The notes under the pieces: generated by a model
Database searches by the model: none
The model's input: only the letters and a program-made list of their open reading frames with translations
Told to the model about the DNA's origin: nothing
Made by a program: the position numbers and the translations under genes
Source of the DNA: Lama glama
Taxonomy: Eukaryota
Assembly (NCBI GenBank): GCA_028534125.1
Contig: CM052816.1
Location: 80,354,001 to 80,418,000 of the forward strand
Reading direction: 5' to 3'
Length of the DNA stretch: 64,000 bases
Part shown: one piece after another, positions 49,965-62,051 of the stretch
Layout: every line of letters begins with the position of its first letter
How positions within the stretch are numbered: the first letter of the stretch is position 1

Positions 49965-50908
49965 TTTCTTTCTTTCTTCCTTTCTTTTTTTTTTTTAAAG
50001 TTTGTACCTTCTGACCACCTTCACCCATTTTGTCCACTCCTCACCCCCCTACCTTTGGCAACTACCAGTCTGGTCTCTGTATCTATGAGTGTTTAAAAAA
50101 TATTCCACAAATAAGTGAGATTACATGGTATTTGTCTTTTTTCTGTTGGCTTCTTAGCATAATGTCTCAAGTTCTATCCATGTTTTTATGGCCAAATAAT
50201 ATTCCAGTGTATTTATGTACCACAACTTCTTTATACATTCTCCCATTGAATGGCACTCAGGTTGTTTCCATATCTTGGCTGTTGTAAATAATGCTGCAGT
50301 GAACTTGATGTGCACATATCATTTTTTTCCTCATTTCTTTTATTTATTTATTTTTAAGGATTTTTAAACATTTTGAGATATACTTGATTTACAGTACTAG
50401 GCTCAGGTGTGCAATGTAGTAGTTTGTACCTCTTAACCCTCTACCCTGTCTTGCCCCTCCCCCATTCTCTTTCCCCACTAGTCACCACTAGTTTCTTTAT
50501 ATCTGTGAGTCTATTTCTGTTTCATTATATTCATTTGTTTTATTTTTTAGATTCCACATATAAGTGATGAAATAGAGTATTTGTCTTTCTTTGATGTATT
50601 TCACTAAGCATAATGGCCTCCAGGTCCATCCATGTTGTTGCAAATGGCAAAATTTTGTTCTTTTGATGATAGAGTAGTATTCCATTGTGTATACGTACCA
50701 CATTGTCTTTATCCACCTATATGTTCATGGACATTTAGGTTGCTTCCAATCTTGGCAATTGTAAATAATGTTGCTGCACATAGGGTTCTTGTATCTTTTC
50801 AAATTAGTGTTTTCATTTCCTTAGGATATATACAGGAGTGGAATTGCTTAGTTTTTTGAAAAACCTTAGTACTGTTTTCCATAGGGGCTGCACCAATTTA
50901 TATTCCCA
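49965..50908 (-). mobile_element. Two adjacent L1 3' fragments (~49965-50320 and ~50325-50908)
   Basis: Two T-rich tails, each followed by L1 3' UTR motifs ('ttccacaaataagtgaga' / 'agattccacatataagtga'). Confidence 0.8.
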
Positions 50909-51194
50909 TGGTCTGTCTGAAATGGCAGAACTGGATCCTTTTTTTGGTCCTCCAAGCAGCTGTTTTCAGGAGAAGCCTAACTAATATTTTTAAAGAATAC
51001 AGCTTGAGTTGGCTAACACAGCACGTACTGTGATCAGCTCATAACCTTAATGGCTGTTTGTTTCTCATTCTTGACTCTGGAACCCCAGGGAGGGAGCACT
51101 GAAAACCACACAGATGCTTACTGATGGGACCAATAAGTCTATGTTGTTCAGAAACTTTACACCCCATCTGAAAGACTTGGAAATTGGAGAATAT

Positions 51195-51953
51195 TCTATT
51201 TCATTTTAGGCTATTACAAGGTATTGAATGTAGTTCCCTGTGCTATACAGTAGGACTTTGTTGTTTATCTGTTTTATATATAGTAGTGTGTATCTGCAAA
51301 TACTCCCAGTTTATCCGTCCCCACCCTGTTCTCCTTGGTAATCATACGTTTGTTTTCTGTGTCTGTGAGTCTGCTTCTGTTTTGTCAACAGTTCATTTAT
51401 GCACTTTTTTTTAGATTCCACATATGAGTGATAGCATATGGTATTTTTCTTTATCTTTCTGGCTTACTTCACTTAGAATGAATATCTCCAGGCCATCCAT
51501 GTTGCTGCAAATGGCATATTTTATTCTTTTTTATGGCTGAGTAGTACTCCATTGTGTATACATGTATATACACCATAATTGTTTATTCAGGCATCTGTCA
51601 ATGGACATTTAGTTTATTTTCACATCCTGGTTATTGTAAATAGTGCTGCTATGAACAACGGGGTTCATGTATCTTTTTCTGTTAGAGATTCCTCCAGATA
51701 AATGCCCAGGAGTGGGATTGCTGGATCATAGAATGTCTATTTTTAGTTTTTTCAGGAATGTCCATACTGTTTTCCATAACAGCTGCACCAAACTACATTC
51801 CCACCAGCAGTGTAGGAGGCTTCCCTTTCTCCACACCCTCTCCAGAATTTATTGTTTGTGAGCTTTTAAATGATGGCCATTTTGAGTGGTGTGAGGTGAT
51901 ACCTCACTGTAGTTCTGATTTGCATTTCTCTGATAATTAGCGATATAGAGCAT
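51195..51953 (-). mobile_element. L1 fragment (3' UTR and ORF2 end)
   Basis: 'ccaggagtgggattgctggatcata...cattcccaccagcagtgtaggagg...gtgaggtgatacctca'. Confidence 0.9.
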
Positions 51954-52069
51954 CAAGTTTATATCTTTATTGTCCACTTCTTCCTTGAATTTCAGACTCG
52001 TGTATCTATCTGCTTAATTGACCTCTCCACTTGGTGGCTTAATAGAAAACTTAGGTTTAACTTGTCCAT

Positions 52070-54090
52070 ATGGCATAGGAGTGAAGGTCCAGAAGCAGAC
52101 TATGACATATGCAGTCACTTGATTTAGGACACAGGTGATACTGCAGTGTGGGAAAACAACGGCCCTTTCAATAATTGGTGCTGGTGAAGTTGATATCTAT
52201 ATGGAAAAAACATGACTCTCAATCCATATCTCACATGGTAACAAAAGTCAGCTCCAGGTGAATTTTAGATTTTAGATGAAAGGGAAGCCATTTAACTTAT
52301 AGAAGATAACACAAGAGGATATATTCATGGTGTCGGGGGAGGAATGTTTCCTCTAATAGGACACTAAACGCACTCAGGTCAAGGAAAGGATTGACAAATT
52401 GAACTTCATTATAATTAAGAATGTCTGTCCATCAAAGGACATCATTAAGAGAAGGAAAGTACAAGCCATAGACTGGAGGAAGATATTTGCAGACCATACA
52501 CACAATGTAACATTTGTATGCAGTGTGTATAACAAAAAAATTTCCTAAAAATTAATAAGAAGAGACAGGAAGCCATTTTACTTATTGTCTACTACATAAC
52601 AGATCACCTAAAATATTAGTAGCTTAAAAAATAATCCTTTACTCACTCACAATTTTGCAGTTCTGGCAGGGCTCAGTGGGGACAGTATGTCTCTGCTCCA
52701 CGTAGCATCAGGTAAGAAGACTTGACTGGGGCTGGAGGATCCACTTGCAAAATAGGCCTGCAAGTTGGTGCTGGCTGTTACTTGGGAATTCAGCGGACTT
52801 GTTTCCCAGGGACTTTAATTCTCCTCCATACGAGCCTTTCTGCATGACTTCTTGAGCTTCCTCACGGAATGGTGGCTAGGTTCCAAGTGAGAGGACACAG
52901 TAGCTGTCAGTCCTCTTTCAAGCCTGGCCCAGAACTGACTCTGCATCACTTCCATTGTAATCTAGTGATCAAAGTAGTCAATGGCCCAGCCCAGATCCAA
53001 GGCGGCAGAGAAATATATTCCATCTCTCATTGTGTTGGGAGGATGGTTAAAACGAATTTTAACCATCTCTAACCCACTACAAAAATCTAATTAAAAGATT
53101 GACAAATGACTTGAACAAGTACTTTGTGAAAAAGGGATATTTGGATTACCAATAGGCATAAAAATGTATTCAATAACATTCGTTGTCAGAGAAATGTAAG
53201 TTGAAATTGCAAGATAGCACTATACATCAATCAGTAAGGCTAAAGTAAAAAAAAAACAAACACTTGACAGCATAGCCACTGGTGAGCACGTGGAACAATG
53301 CAAGCCCTTAAATACTGCTGGTGGGAACTTAAATTAATACACATTAGGAACTTGTTTTGCATGATCTGTAGACCACTCACATGGCCTGCAAGTTGGTGCT
53401 GGCTGTCCCTTGAGAGTTTGACTGGGGTTGCTGGCTAGTGGCCTCAGTTCTCCTCCACATGACTCTTTCTGTGCATCTTGGCTTCCTCAAAGCATCATGG
53501 CTGGGTTTCAAGTGAGAGGAAGCAGCATGTAAAAGTACATATGGATATGCATTCAACAGAAATGAATGTATATGTGCAACAGGAGATGTGCAGTGCAAGG
53601 ATGCTCACAGCAGCAGTGTCAGTAATAACCCCAAACTGAAAACCTAACACCCATCACAGTGAATGGATATGTAAATTGTAGTGTATTCAAACAATGGGAT
53701 AATATATGATGTATTCAAATAATGGAATAAAATGAAAAAGATGAACCCTTGCTATGCTTAACAATGGATGCTTCTGACACAGTTAATATTGAATGAAAAA
53801 AGCCAAGCACAACAGTTCTTATTCTTTGAATCCATTTATATAGAGCTCAAAACCAGGCGAAACTACTCCATGGTGATGGATGTGAGAATAACAGTTACTT
53901 TTGGGGTGAGTGGTGACTGGGATGAATATGATGAAAACTTCTATCTTGGCAAAAGATATTCTAAAAATATTCTATTTTTCAATCTTAGTGATGATTACCC
54001 TGGTATGTTCTTTGTGTACAAATTCATTGAACTGTCCTCTTAAGATGTGTGTAGTTTTCTGTATGTTCACTTGAGCTAAAGATAGTAACT
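52070..54090 (+). mobile_element. Ancient L1 (L1ME-type) remnant interrupted by MaLR sequence
   Basis: Degenerate ORF2 3' and 3' UTR motifs ('aaggattgacaaattgaacttcatt', 'gactggaggaagatatttgca', 'tccatttatatagagctcaaaaccaggc'). Confidence 0.7.
52580..53082 (-). mobile_element. MaLR LTR (MLT1J/K-like)
   Basis: 'gactggggctggaggatccactt...caagttggtgctggctgtt...ggcccagcccagatccaagg'. Confidence 0.75.
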
Positions 54091-54099
54091 TTAAACCTC

Positions 54100-54860
54100 G
54101 CATCCTGCTACCCAGACCTGCGGTACTCACACTCTTCCCTTCAGAGCTAATGGCTCCCCTCTCCTTTGGGTCACCTCCAGCTTCACTCTTTCTTCCTTTC
54201 ACATCCCAAATTCATCCATCAATCTGGTTGGCTACTTAGCGTAGGTCTAGCTTCCAATCACTTCCTCCTCCTCCACCAGAACCATCTTGGTCCAGGACAA
54301 CTTGTTTGCTCACCTGAATTATTTTGTCACTGTAGCCTCCTAACTGGTCTCTCAGCTTCCACCCTCACCCTGGCTGCACACTGTTCTCAGAACCACAGGC
54401 AGATGATCCGCTCGAAACCCAGATCACTTCTCTGCACTCTCCCAGGGACCCCGTCTCCCTCAGTGTAGAAGCCCAAGTCCATAACGCCATTTATGAGGTC
54501 TGGACAGCATGGCCCGTTTCCTCACTGTTGTTTTGTTTGTTTGTTTGTGTCCTTTCATTTTCAACCCCTCTGGTCTTCTTGCTGTTCCTTGAACACAGCC
54601 TGCCCACCCTCCCCATCGGCTCTTTGCCCTTCCTGTTTCCTCTTCCTGATCACATTTGCCCGCAGAAAGCTGTATGGCTTTCACCAATTTTTCATACATC
54701 ACCTTCTTAGGAGACTTACTCTGATCACCCTAATTTACATACCCTTCCCTTGGACTCCCCTGCTGTGCTCTGAATTTCACCTTTGTACTTCTTACCTCCT
54801 AAGAAACTATGTATTTTCCTTATTTATAATGCATATTATTTGTCTTTCCTGTCTTATACA
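54100..54860 (+). mobile_element. LINE-2 remnant
   Basis: 'cactgtagcctcctaactggtctc', 'tgctgttccttgaacac', 'ttactctgatcacccta'. Confidence 0.6.
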
Positions 54861-56439
54861 GACTCTCTGGGGCATTCTGAAGCAATTTAGATTTTGGAAA
54901 CTCTAGTTTTGATCATCCAGGTTGCAAAGTGCTTTTGCATCCCATTATTGAGTTTGATTTTACCCTGTGAGTTGGCACAACAAATACTATTAACTCCAAG
55001 TTTGTTGTTTTTGTTGTTTAACAGATAAAATAACTGAAGCTTAGAGAATAAAGTCATGGTGCTAGAAAGTGACAGGGCCAAGACTTGGATTGGTCTTGAA
55101 GTTGGTCAAGAACTTGACTCCAAGGCCAGTCTTCTTTCTACCATAACACATTATCCCCTGTGACAAACAGCTATAGCTAAAAGGCAGCTGAGACATTGGA
55201 GAGAGCCCAGCAAAGAGGTGGGCCAAGGAGCAGAGGGAGTGACCGGAGCTTAATTTAGTTACGAAGCAAGAAGGGGTGGTGAGGAGTGTGTGGACATAAA
55301 AATGACAGATCCTGGCTAAGAGATAGCTAGCCTGTTGTCTCCAGGGACTTTTGGGGAGTCAAGTAAGGACAGTCCTGGGTTGACTCCATGTCCAGAGGCT
55401 GGAAAGGGAGCAGGACAAAAGCAGATCCTTTAGTGACCAAATCCTTCCATTTCAGGGCGAAGTTCTGGAATGTGATGTTATCCTTTGTCTTGTTGGAGCT
55501 CACAGACCTCTTATCGGTTTCAGATATTCCATGGGATCCTCATAAGAATCAGGTCTAAATTTCTAAAGATTATCTAACATACATTTTTATACCCTCTCCC
55601 TCCAACTTTTCTTCCAAAGAGGTATGAGATAGCTTACGATTTAAGAGGACCAATAGCATAAACATAAAAGATAAATAGCGTATGTGGGGGTGGAGGTTAT
55701 GTAACGAGCCAAAAAAAATCTTGCTAGTGAATTTACTGTGATTAGAACACTTGGTTTTCATCATTCTGAAAGCTGAAGAGATAATGAAAACTCAGTTAAT
55801 GAAAAGTATTGTGCCCAATATTTGGTCACAGGGACATGGAGATTTTAGGGAGTATGCAATTTAAGAGGAGCCCATCAAGCAAATCTTATTTAAGGGACAT
55901 TGACTTCATTAGTGGGTTTTTATTTTTATAGACCTATTTTAAAGCGTTTTTTATTCTCTAGAGATTAAAATGCAGAATGCTTGTATCGAGGGTTTGGGGG
56001 AGGAGAGATCTGCTTTGTGTTTCCATTCTTGCTGCTGCTCTAGGCGCTCTTAGTCAGTGCTCCTTAACTCAGCATTTTTCTGTACATCACTGTCCCCAGT
56101 GCTTTGAACCTGAGTTTCTGAGTTAAATTTAAACTTCTTGAGGATTGAAATGCCTTCCACTTCTTATGTACTCCTTCAGTTCCGGCCCCAACTATTTTAA
56201 AAGCTGCGAAGTCTTCAGCCATCTCTCAGCTGAGTTTGACTGTGGAGTCGGATCAATGACAAGATTTGATCTTGAATTCTCATCTAGGATGATATTGAGT
56301 GAGAGCGTTAGAGCCAAGAAGCTGTGGTTTGCCTACTGGCTCCAACACCTATAAATCATGAACCTCAGTTTCCTCTTTTGTAGAATGGGACAGTTAATGA
56401 CCCATTTCTCATATGACCTTCACTGGGATAAATCTAGTA

Positions 56440-57620
56440 GTCAGGTCTCAGTCTTAGCGACCCTGTCCGCAGCATTTGGCACAAATGATCCCTTTCTCTT
56501 TTCTGATGCACTGTATTCACATATTTTCCAGGACACCAAACTCTTTCTGTATCATTGGCCACGCCGTCTTGGTTTCATTTGCTGGTTCCTTCTTGACCTC
56601 TTAAAGTAAGTGTGCTCTTAAGTTCACACCTTAGCCAACATGTTTTCCTCTATCTCTACTCATTTCCTTGGTGATCCCACCAATCACAAATAGAGGCTGA
56701 TATATGCTAAAGACTCCCAATTTAATTGGGAGTCCATTAATATCAACGATCCATGTTCCTCTCCCTCAGACATCAGACTCATGTTCACTGAATTGATTAT
56801 TCAACATTTCTACCTGGATGTCTACTAGAAATCTCAAACTCACCTCATCCAAGACTGAGCTCTGGATGTCCCCACTCCTCAGACCCTAAACTTGCTCTAC
56901 CCACAGCTTTCTCCATCTCAGTCAATGGCTACTTCATTCTTTTGGTTGCTCAAGCCAAAAATCTTGGAGTCATCCCTGACTCCTACCTTTCACTCTCCAC
57001 ATGCAGCCATTGGACATTTGTTGGCTCTAGTTGGCTCTACCTTTCAAGAAGGCCACTGACAGTTGGAACATCCCAACTTCAATTTTTTTCTCACCAATTC
57101 CAATGCCAATACCATGCTTACATCCCATGCTAACACCTCTATGTAATCTCTCACATAGATTATTAAAGAAAACCATTTAACTTTCTCTTTGCTTTCAAAA
57201 GAAGCTCCCTACATGGTAGTCATGGTGATCCTTTGAAAATATGCCAACTTTCTGCTTAAAATCCTGCAATAGCTCCTCATCCCATCCTAAGCAGAAGCCA
57301 GCATCCTCCTACAGTGGTCTACAAGGCTGGTGCTTCAGGCCCCCATGCCTGAACCACCTCCACTAGTGGATATGTACTGGTTTTTCCCTCTGCTTGGAAC
57401 ACTCGCCCCGCTACCTGTCCCCCACATCTTCATTAGAATGTCATGTTCCCCGTGGGGCTGACCCTGACCATCATATATGAAATTCCACTCTCTCACACCT
57501 AAATAGCAACTTTTCTTTTTCCCATAGCAGCTTTCATCTCTTAAGTGACCATTTTTCTTATGTTCGGTGCTTATTGTGTGCCTCCTTCTGCTCGAATGTG
57601 AGATTGGTAAGTCCATATTG
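56440..57620 (+). mobile_element. LINE-2 remnant
   Basis: 'atttctacctggatgtctactagaaatctcaaactca', 'ttgctcaagccaaaaatcttggagtcatccctgactcc'. Confidence 0.75.
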
Positions 57621-57739
57621 GAAGAAGCAATGACTGATAAGAGACTCAATCCTCAGATGGGGGAAGCATACCATGTCTCAAAGTAGAATAAATAAACATA
57701 AATCTGGGTGCATTGCACCAACGAAACACATTTTTTTTA

Positions 57740-58075
57740 AAGTAACCAAAGAGAATGATAGGTTTCTTAAAAACAAATACCAGACTGGTATAGAATTTCT
57801 CATTAGCAATAGTAGAGGTCAGAAGATGATACAATATCTTCAGAGCACTGGGAGGAAATAACTGTTAACACTGAATTCTGAATCTGCTAAACCCTTGCTA
57901 CTCAAAGTATGATCTAAGGACCAGCAGCACCAGAATCACCTGGAAGCCACTGAGAAATGCGGAGTCCACCCTGGACCTACTGAATCACAGTAGTTTCACA
58001 AGGTCCCTGGGTGTTTTATATGCCTATTACAGTTTGTGAATCCCTGAGCTAAATTATCGTTCAACGTGAGACCAA
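57740..58075 (+). mobile_element. Old L1/HAL1 ORF1-like fragment split by MER5A (~57892-58046)
   Basis: 'agactggtatagaatttctca...aatatcttcagagcactg...aattctgaatctgctaaa|...|attatcgttcaa' resembles the ORF1 C-terminal RILYPAKLSF region. The MER5A core is 'ggaccagcagcaccagaatcacctgg...gacctactgaatca'. Confidence 0.55.
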
Positions 58076-58752
58076 CACAAAAAGCTGTTCAAACAAAGAA
58101 GAAGGGAACCTTGCTAAAAAAAAAAATTACTCCAGTAAGAAGGAAATTGAAACCATAGGAAAGAAGAAGGATGTGGGAACCCAAATAAATTGGCAAAGTG
58201 GGTAAACCTAAAGAATTGCAGACACAGTCCTTACCCTCAGGGAAGTTACGATACTGCTGAGAAGGGGAAACCAACACACACAGAAAGCAGAGCATCATCA
58301 AGGTGCCCTGACAGCAGTGGTCAGGAGAACTAGATTCTCATGTGGAGTTTGCCATCGGTCGTGTGTGTGTATGTGTGCATGTGTGTTTGACCTAAAAGAA
58401 GTCTTTCAATCTATCTGAACCTCAGTTTTCTCACCTGTGAAAGGAATTTCTTTGAATCACTGGTTTTCAAACTTTCTTGACCCCCTGACCCACAGTAAGA
58501 GATACATTTTTACATCTTGACCCAGTTCATTCATATGAACCTAGACAATTAAACAAATGTTAATCAGAATGACCCTCTCCCTTTCTGTGTGCCATGCGCT
58601 CGGATGCTTTCTGTTCTATTTCCTGTATAAATCCGCTGGTGTGCTTTGATTTGAAAAAGCTAAAACCGATGGCCCTCTAAAGCCCTTTTCAGTTCTAACC
58701 ATATATAATTCATTCTTAGTGGTAAATATTAAATCACATAATATCTCTAGAT

Positions 58753-58940
58753 AACTGGTTGTCAAACTTGACTGCCCCTTAGAATCTCTTGGGTTGTTGT
58801 TGTTCGTGTTGTTTCCTAGTTACTGGTGCTTGCGTTCCACTTCAGAGATGCTGATTTAATTGGTATGGTGTGTATCTTGGGGTCAGGATTTTTAGATGCA
58901 TCTCAGGTAGTCCAAGGTGAACCACGTTTGAGAACGACTG
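58753..58940. mobile_element. MER5-type hAT MITE
   Basis: 'ggttgtcaaacttgactgc...agagatgctgatttaattggtatgg...gtttgagaacgactg'. Confidence 0.7.
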
Positions 58941-60439
58941 CTGACAGACTCCCCTGTGCCTGGAGCATCTGTGCACATGGAAGTAGCTTCTCCCAGGCTC
59001 TGCTTTTTTGTGGCTCCCCATAGTCATTGCAGACGATCACACTGGTGTATGTAAAGATGTACATTTTTCTGATTCCTCTGGTTACACCAGAAGAGGAGTC
59101 CTTCCTTCTCTCTCAAGTTCATGCTCGCCCTCTTCCTATGCTCTGGATTCTGTCACGCCTACTTCCTCTGGTACTTTGTGGAATCAGTTTTCACCTTTCT
59201 GTCGCACTCCACTTTGCTCTCTCTACTACCAGCTCCATCCCGTTGTGCCTGGGCATTTAGGTATGCCCTAATCACCAGAGGGCGAACACTTCCCCATCTC
59301 ACCTTTTTCCTCTCTTGTGTAGTAAAACTTCCAGCGTGAACAGAGGTGTCTGCTACCCACTTCCCAACACCAACCCCTCGTCAACCAACTGCCCTCTACC
59401 TACTACACCTGCCTCCTTTGTCAAGGTCCCTGGTGCCTCCTAGACTGTTGGATTCAATAGACACACTTTAGTGCTTAACTTGCTCGAACTCTGCAGCGTT
59501 TGATGCTGTCCGCTGTGCTGTTCCCCTCAAAGCTCGTCCCTTGGCTTTCTGAGAACGTCACACTTTCTTAATTTGCTCCCTAGTACTCAGATCGCTTCCT
59601 CTCTCTCTCTCTGTCTTTCCTTCTGGCTTTACTCTGTCCCTGAGCTTAGTTCCATATCTTTCATTTCATTTTTTATGCCATGCCCTCTCTCTACCTCCTC
59701 TTCCTCCGTTTCTACCTGTAAAAACAACTTATAATTTCCGTTTTTTGCCCCAGATCTTTGTTTTGAGCGCCAACTGCTTGCATACTGATAATCTCCATGT
59801 GGATGTCAAACAAACTCAGTTTGTCCCTAACTGAATTCATTGTCCTTTCCAACCGTTCCTCTGTCAGTGTCCCTGTCTCAGTAAATGGCATCAGAATCAC
59901 CCAGTGGCCTGCACATCCTCCCACCCCTTCCTCCGTTCTCTCCCGCAGCCGGTGAATCAGCCCAGCTGTTATGCGACCTTATATGTTTCTCTTCATGTCT
60001 CTGCCATCCATCCTGTTACCAGCTTCCTGGTGCCGTCTAACCACACAATGACTGCAGATTTAAGATTGCTTCCTGTCTGGGAATTCATTCTCCATTGCTG
60101 CCTCTGTATATTTTGAAAATGTCCATCTGCTCATGTCAGTCCCTGTTTAAAACCCATTAGAATACAGTCTGAGCCCCCTTGCACAGCCTATGCGCCCCTT
60201 TGCCTCTGGCCCCTTTGTGCCTCCAGTCGTTTTCCTCCTTTCTCTTTCTGCTTCGACGATGTTGGGCTTTTATCGCCCCCAGAGTGCCCCATTCCCTCTG
60301 CCTCCGGCCCCTCTGTCCTTAACTGCTTTTCCTCTCGCTCTGCCTGAAACAGGCATTGGGGAAGGAAGGGATTTACTGGGGGACATTTCGTCTGTTCATG
60401 AGAAGACATCTACAACCTCAAAGTAACCTCAGAGAGAGA

Positions 60440-60680
60440 CAACAGCGTGGCTCTAGGATCAGACACACTTGGCTTCAGCAGTTAGCTCCGTCACCTACTA
60501 GCTGTGTGATCCTCGTCAAATGACTGAAACTCTCCTGTAACCCTCTTGTTTTCCTCATCTATAAAATGGGGATGATGCCAGAACCTTTCTCACTGGGTAC
60601 CTGTGAGGATGAAATGACACGATAGATGTAAAATTCTTATTACAAAGACCAGCACGTAACAAACATTAAATTAAAATCTG
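60440..60680 (+). mobile_element. MIR SINE
   Basis: 'ctccgtcacctactagctgtgtgatcct...ttttcctcatctataaaatggggatgatg...gtgaggatgaaatga'. Confidence 0.8.
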
Positions 60681-61868
60681 GTATTGTGTGGTGAATTTAA
60701 TTATCGTCATCATTGTCCGTGTCAGTTGGCTTGACTCATGATTCTTTGGATTTAAATCGAATGCAGTCGTAAAAATGATGACGTAATTCGCCCAGAGATA
60801 TGGAAACACTTCTGAAATGGGCAGTAAGTTACTTAGATCCAGTGAAAGGCCAGTAAATACGTACCAGGACATGGGCAAGTAGAACACTGTGTGGAATTCA
60901 AAGAGCGCCATCGTCAGCAGTGTTTATCCAGACTGAACAGGCCAAAATGAGCATGTAGCTACTTTTAACCGATTTATTTTTATGTAGTATTTGTGGAGGA
61001 AACACTATTAAGCACAGTCTCCACCAGCGTCTCCCTTTACTGTGTGTTGAGACGTGTGGCTTAGAGCAATTGAGAACTGACCAAAGTCACATCATTTTAA
61101 GCGACGTCATTGAATTTCAGAGGTAGGACTGGGACCAGAGGCCAGGTTGCCAGACTCCAGGCAGCATTCTGTCCACAGTATGGGCCAGTCACAAAGCCTG
61201 TCAGCTCCCATCATAGGAAGGGAAGCGCCAAGTCACACAGAGATTTAACTTGCCCAAGATTCCCCAGCTGGTGCTTCTTTCTGTAGGAGTATGATCCAAA
61301 TAAATAGGATACACTGGAAATCTGTAACACGAAAATACTCATTTTTTTAAAAAAAAGTGTTAACTTTTTTCGTTCCTTAAATTCTACAGCTGATAGCACA
61401 TTTAGAGGATTTAGAATCTAAATTCGATGCTAAAAACTATTGTTTCTTTAAAAATGGTCACAAGGTGAAAAGTTTCTCTGGGGTTTTTTTGCCTCAATGT
61501 GTGCTTGCACATCAAAAGAGCTCAAACAGAGCCTGAAATATACTCTTGGCAAGAATCCTGGTGAAGGGGAGTTTCAGGGGAGTTTCAGCGCCAGCTCCAT
61601 CACTCCACTGGATCTGGGAGTCCTTGACTCGGGTTTCAGTGAACATTTTTGAAAAAGTAAAAGGTTGGCATGACGCGGCTGATGTTTTTACTTTCCCTTG
61701 TAAAGATATTAAAAAGTTTCAACCACTTGCAGCTGTGGCTGGCCGGCATCACTTCCTTCCACAGACTGGCACTGAGAAAGCACTTACATAGCCTGCCATC
61801 ATGAATGGTCCTTACATCCTTAGGAGGCTGTGCTTCCATTAATTACTTCTTTGTTTATACACTGAACA

Positions 61869-62051
61869 CAGTCACCCCTCAGTATCTGTGGGGAATACCG
61901 AACTCCCTGGATGCTCAAGTCCCTTATGTAGGATGTCATCATATAGTAGGTCCTCCACATCCATGGGTTCCGCATCTGAGAACTCAGCGAATTTTGATCC
62001 GCGGTTGGTTGAATCTGTGATGCGGAACCTGCTGATACGGAGGGTTGACTG
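61869..62051. mobile_element. Tigger-derived MITE (MER2-like, TcMar)
   Basis: 18-bp TIRs cagtcacccctcagtatc / gatacggagggttgactg (2 mismatches); internal 'ggatgctcaagtcccttat', 'ttgatccgcggttggttgaatc'. Confidence 0.85.

Noticed and set aside
61565..61588. Tandem aggggagtttc x2 as paired NF-kB sites
   Set aside because: GGGAGTTTCA lacks the terminal CC of the kB consensus; more simply an 11-bp slippage duplication.
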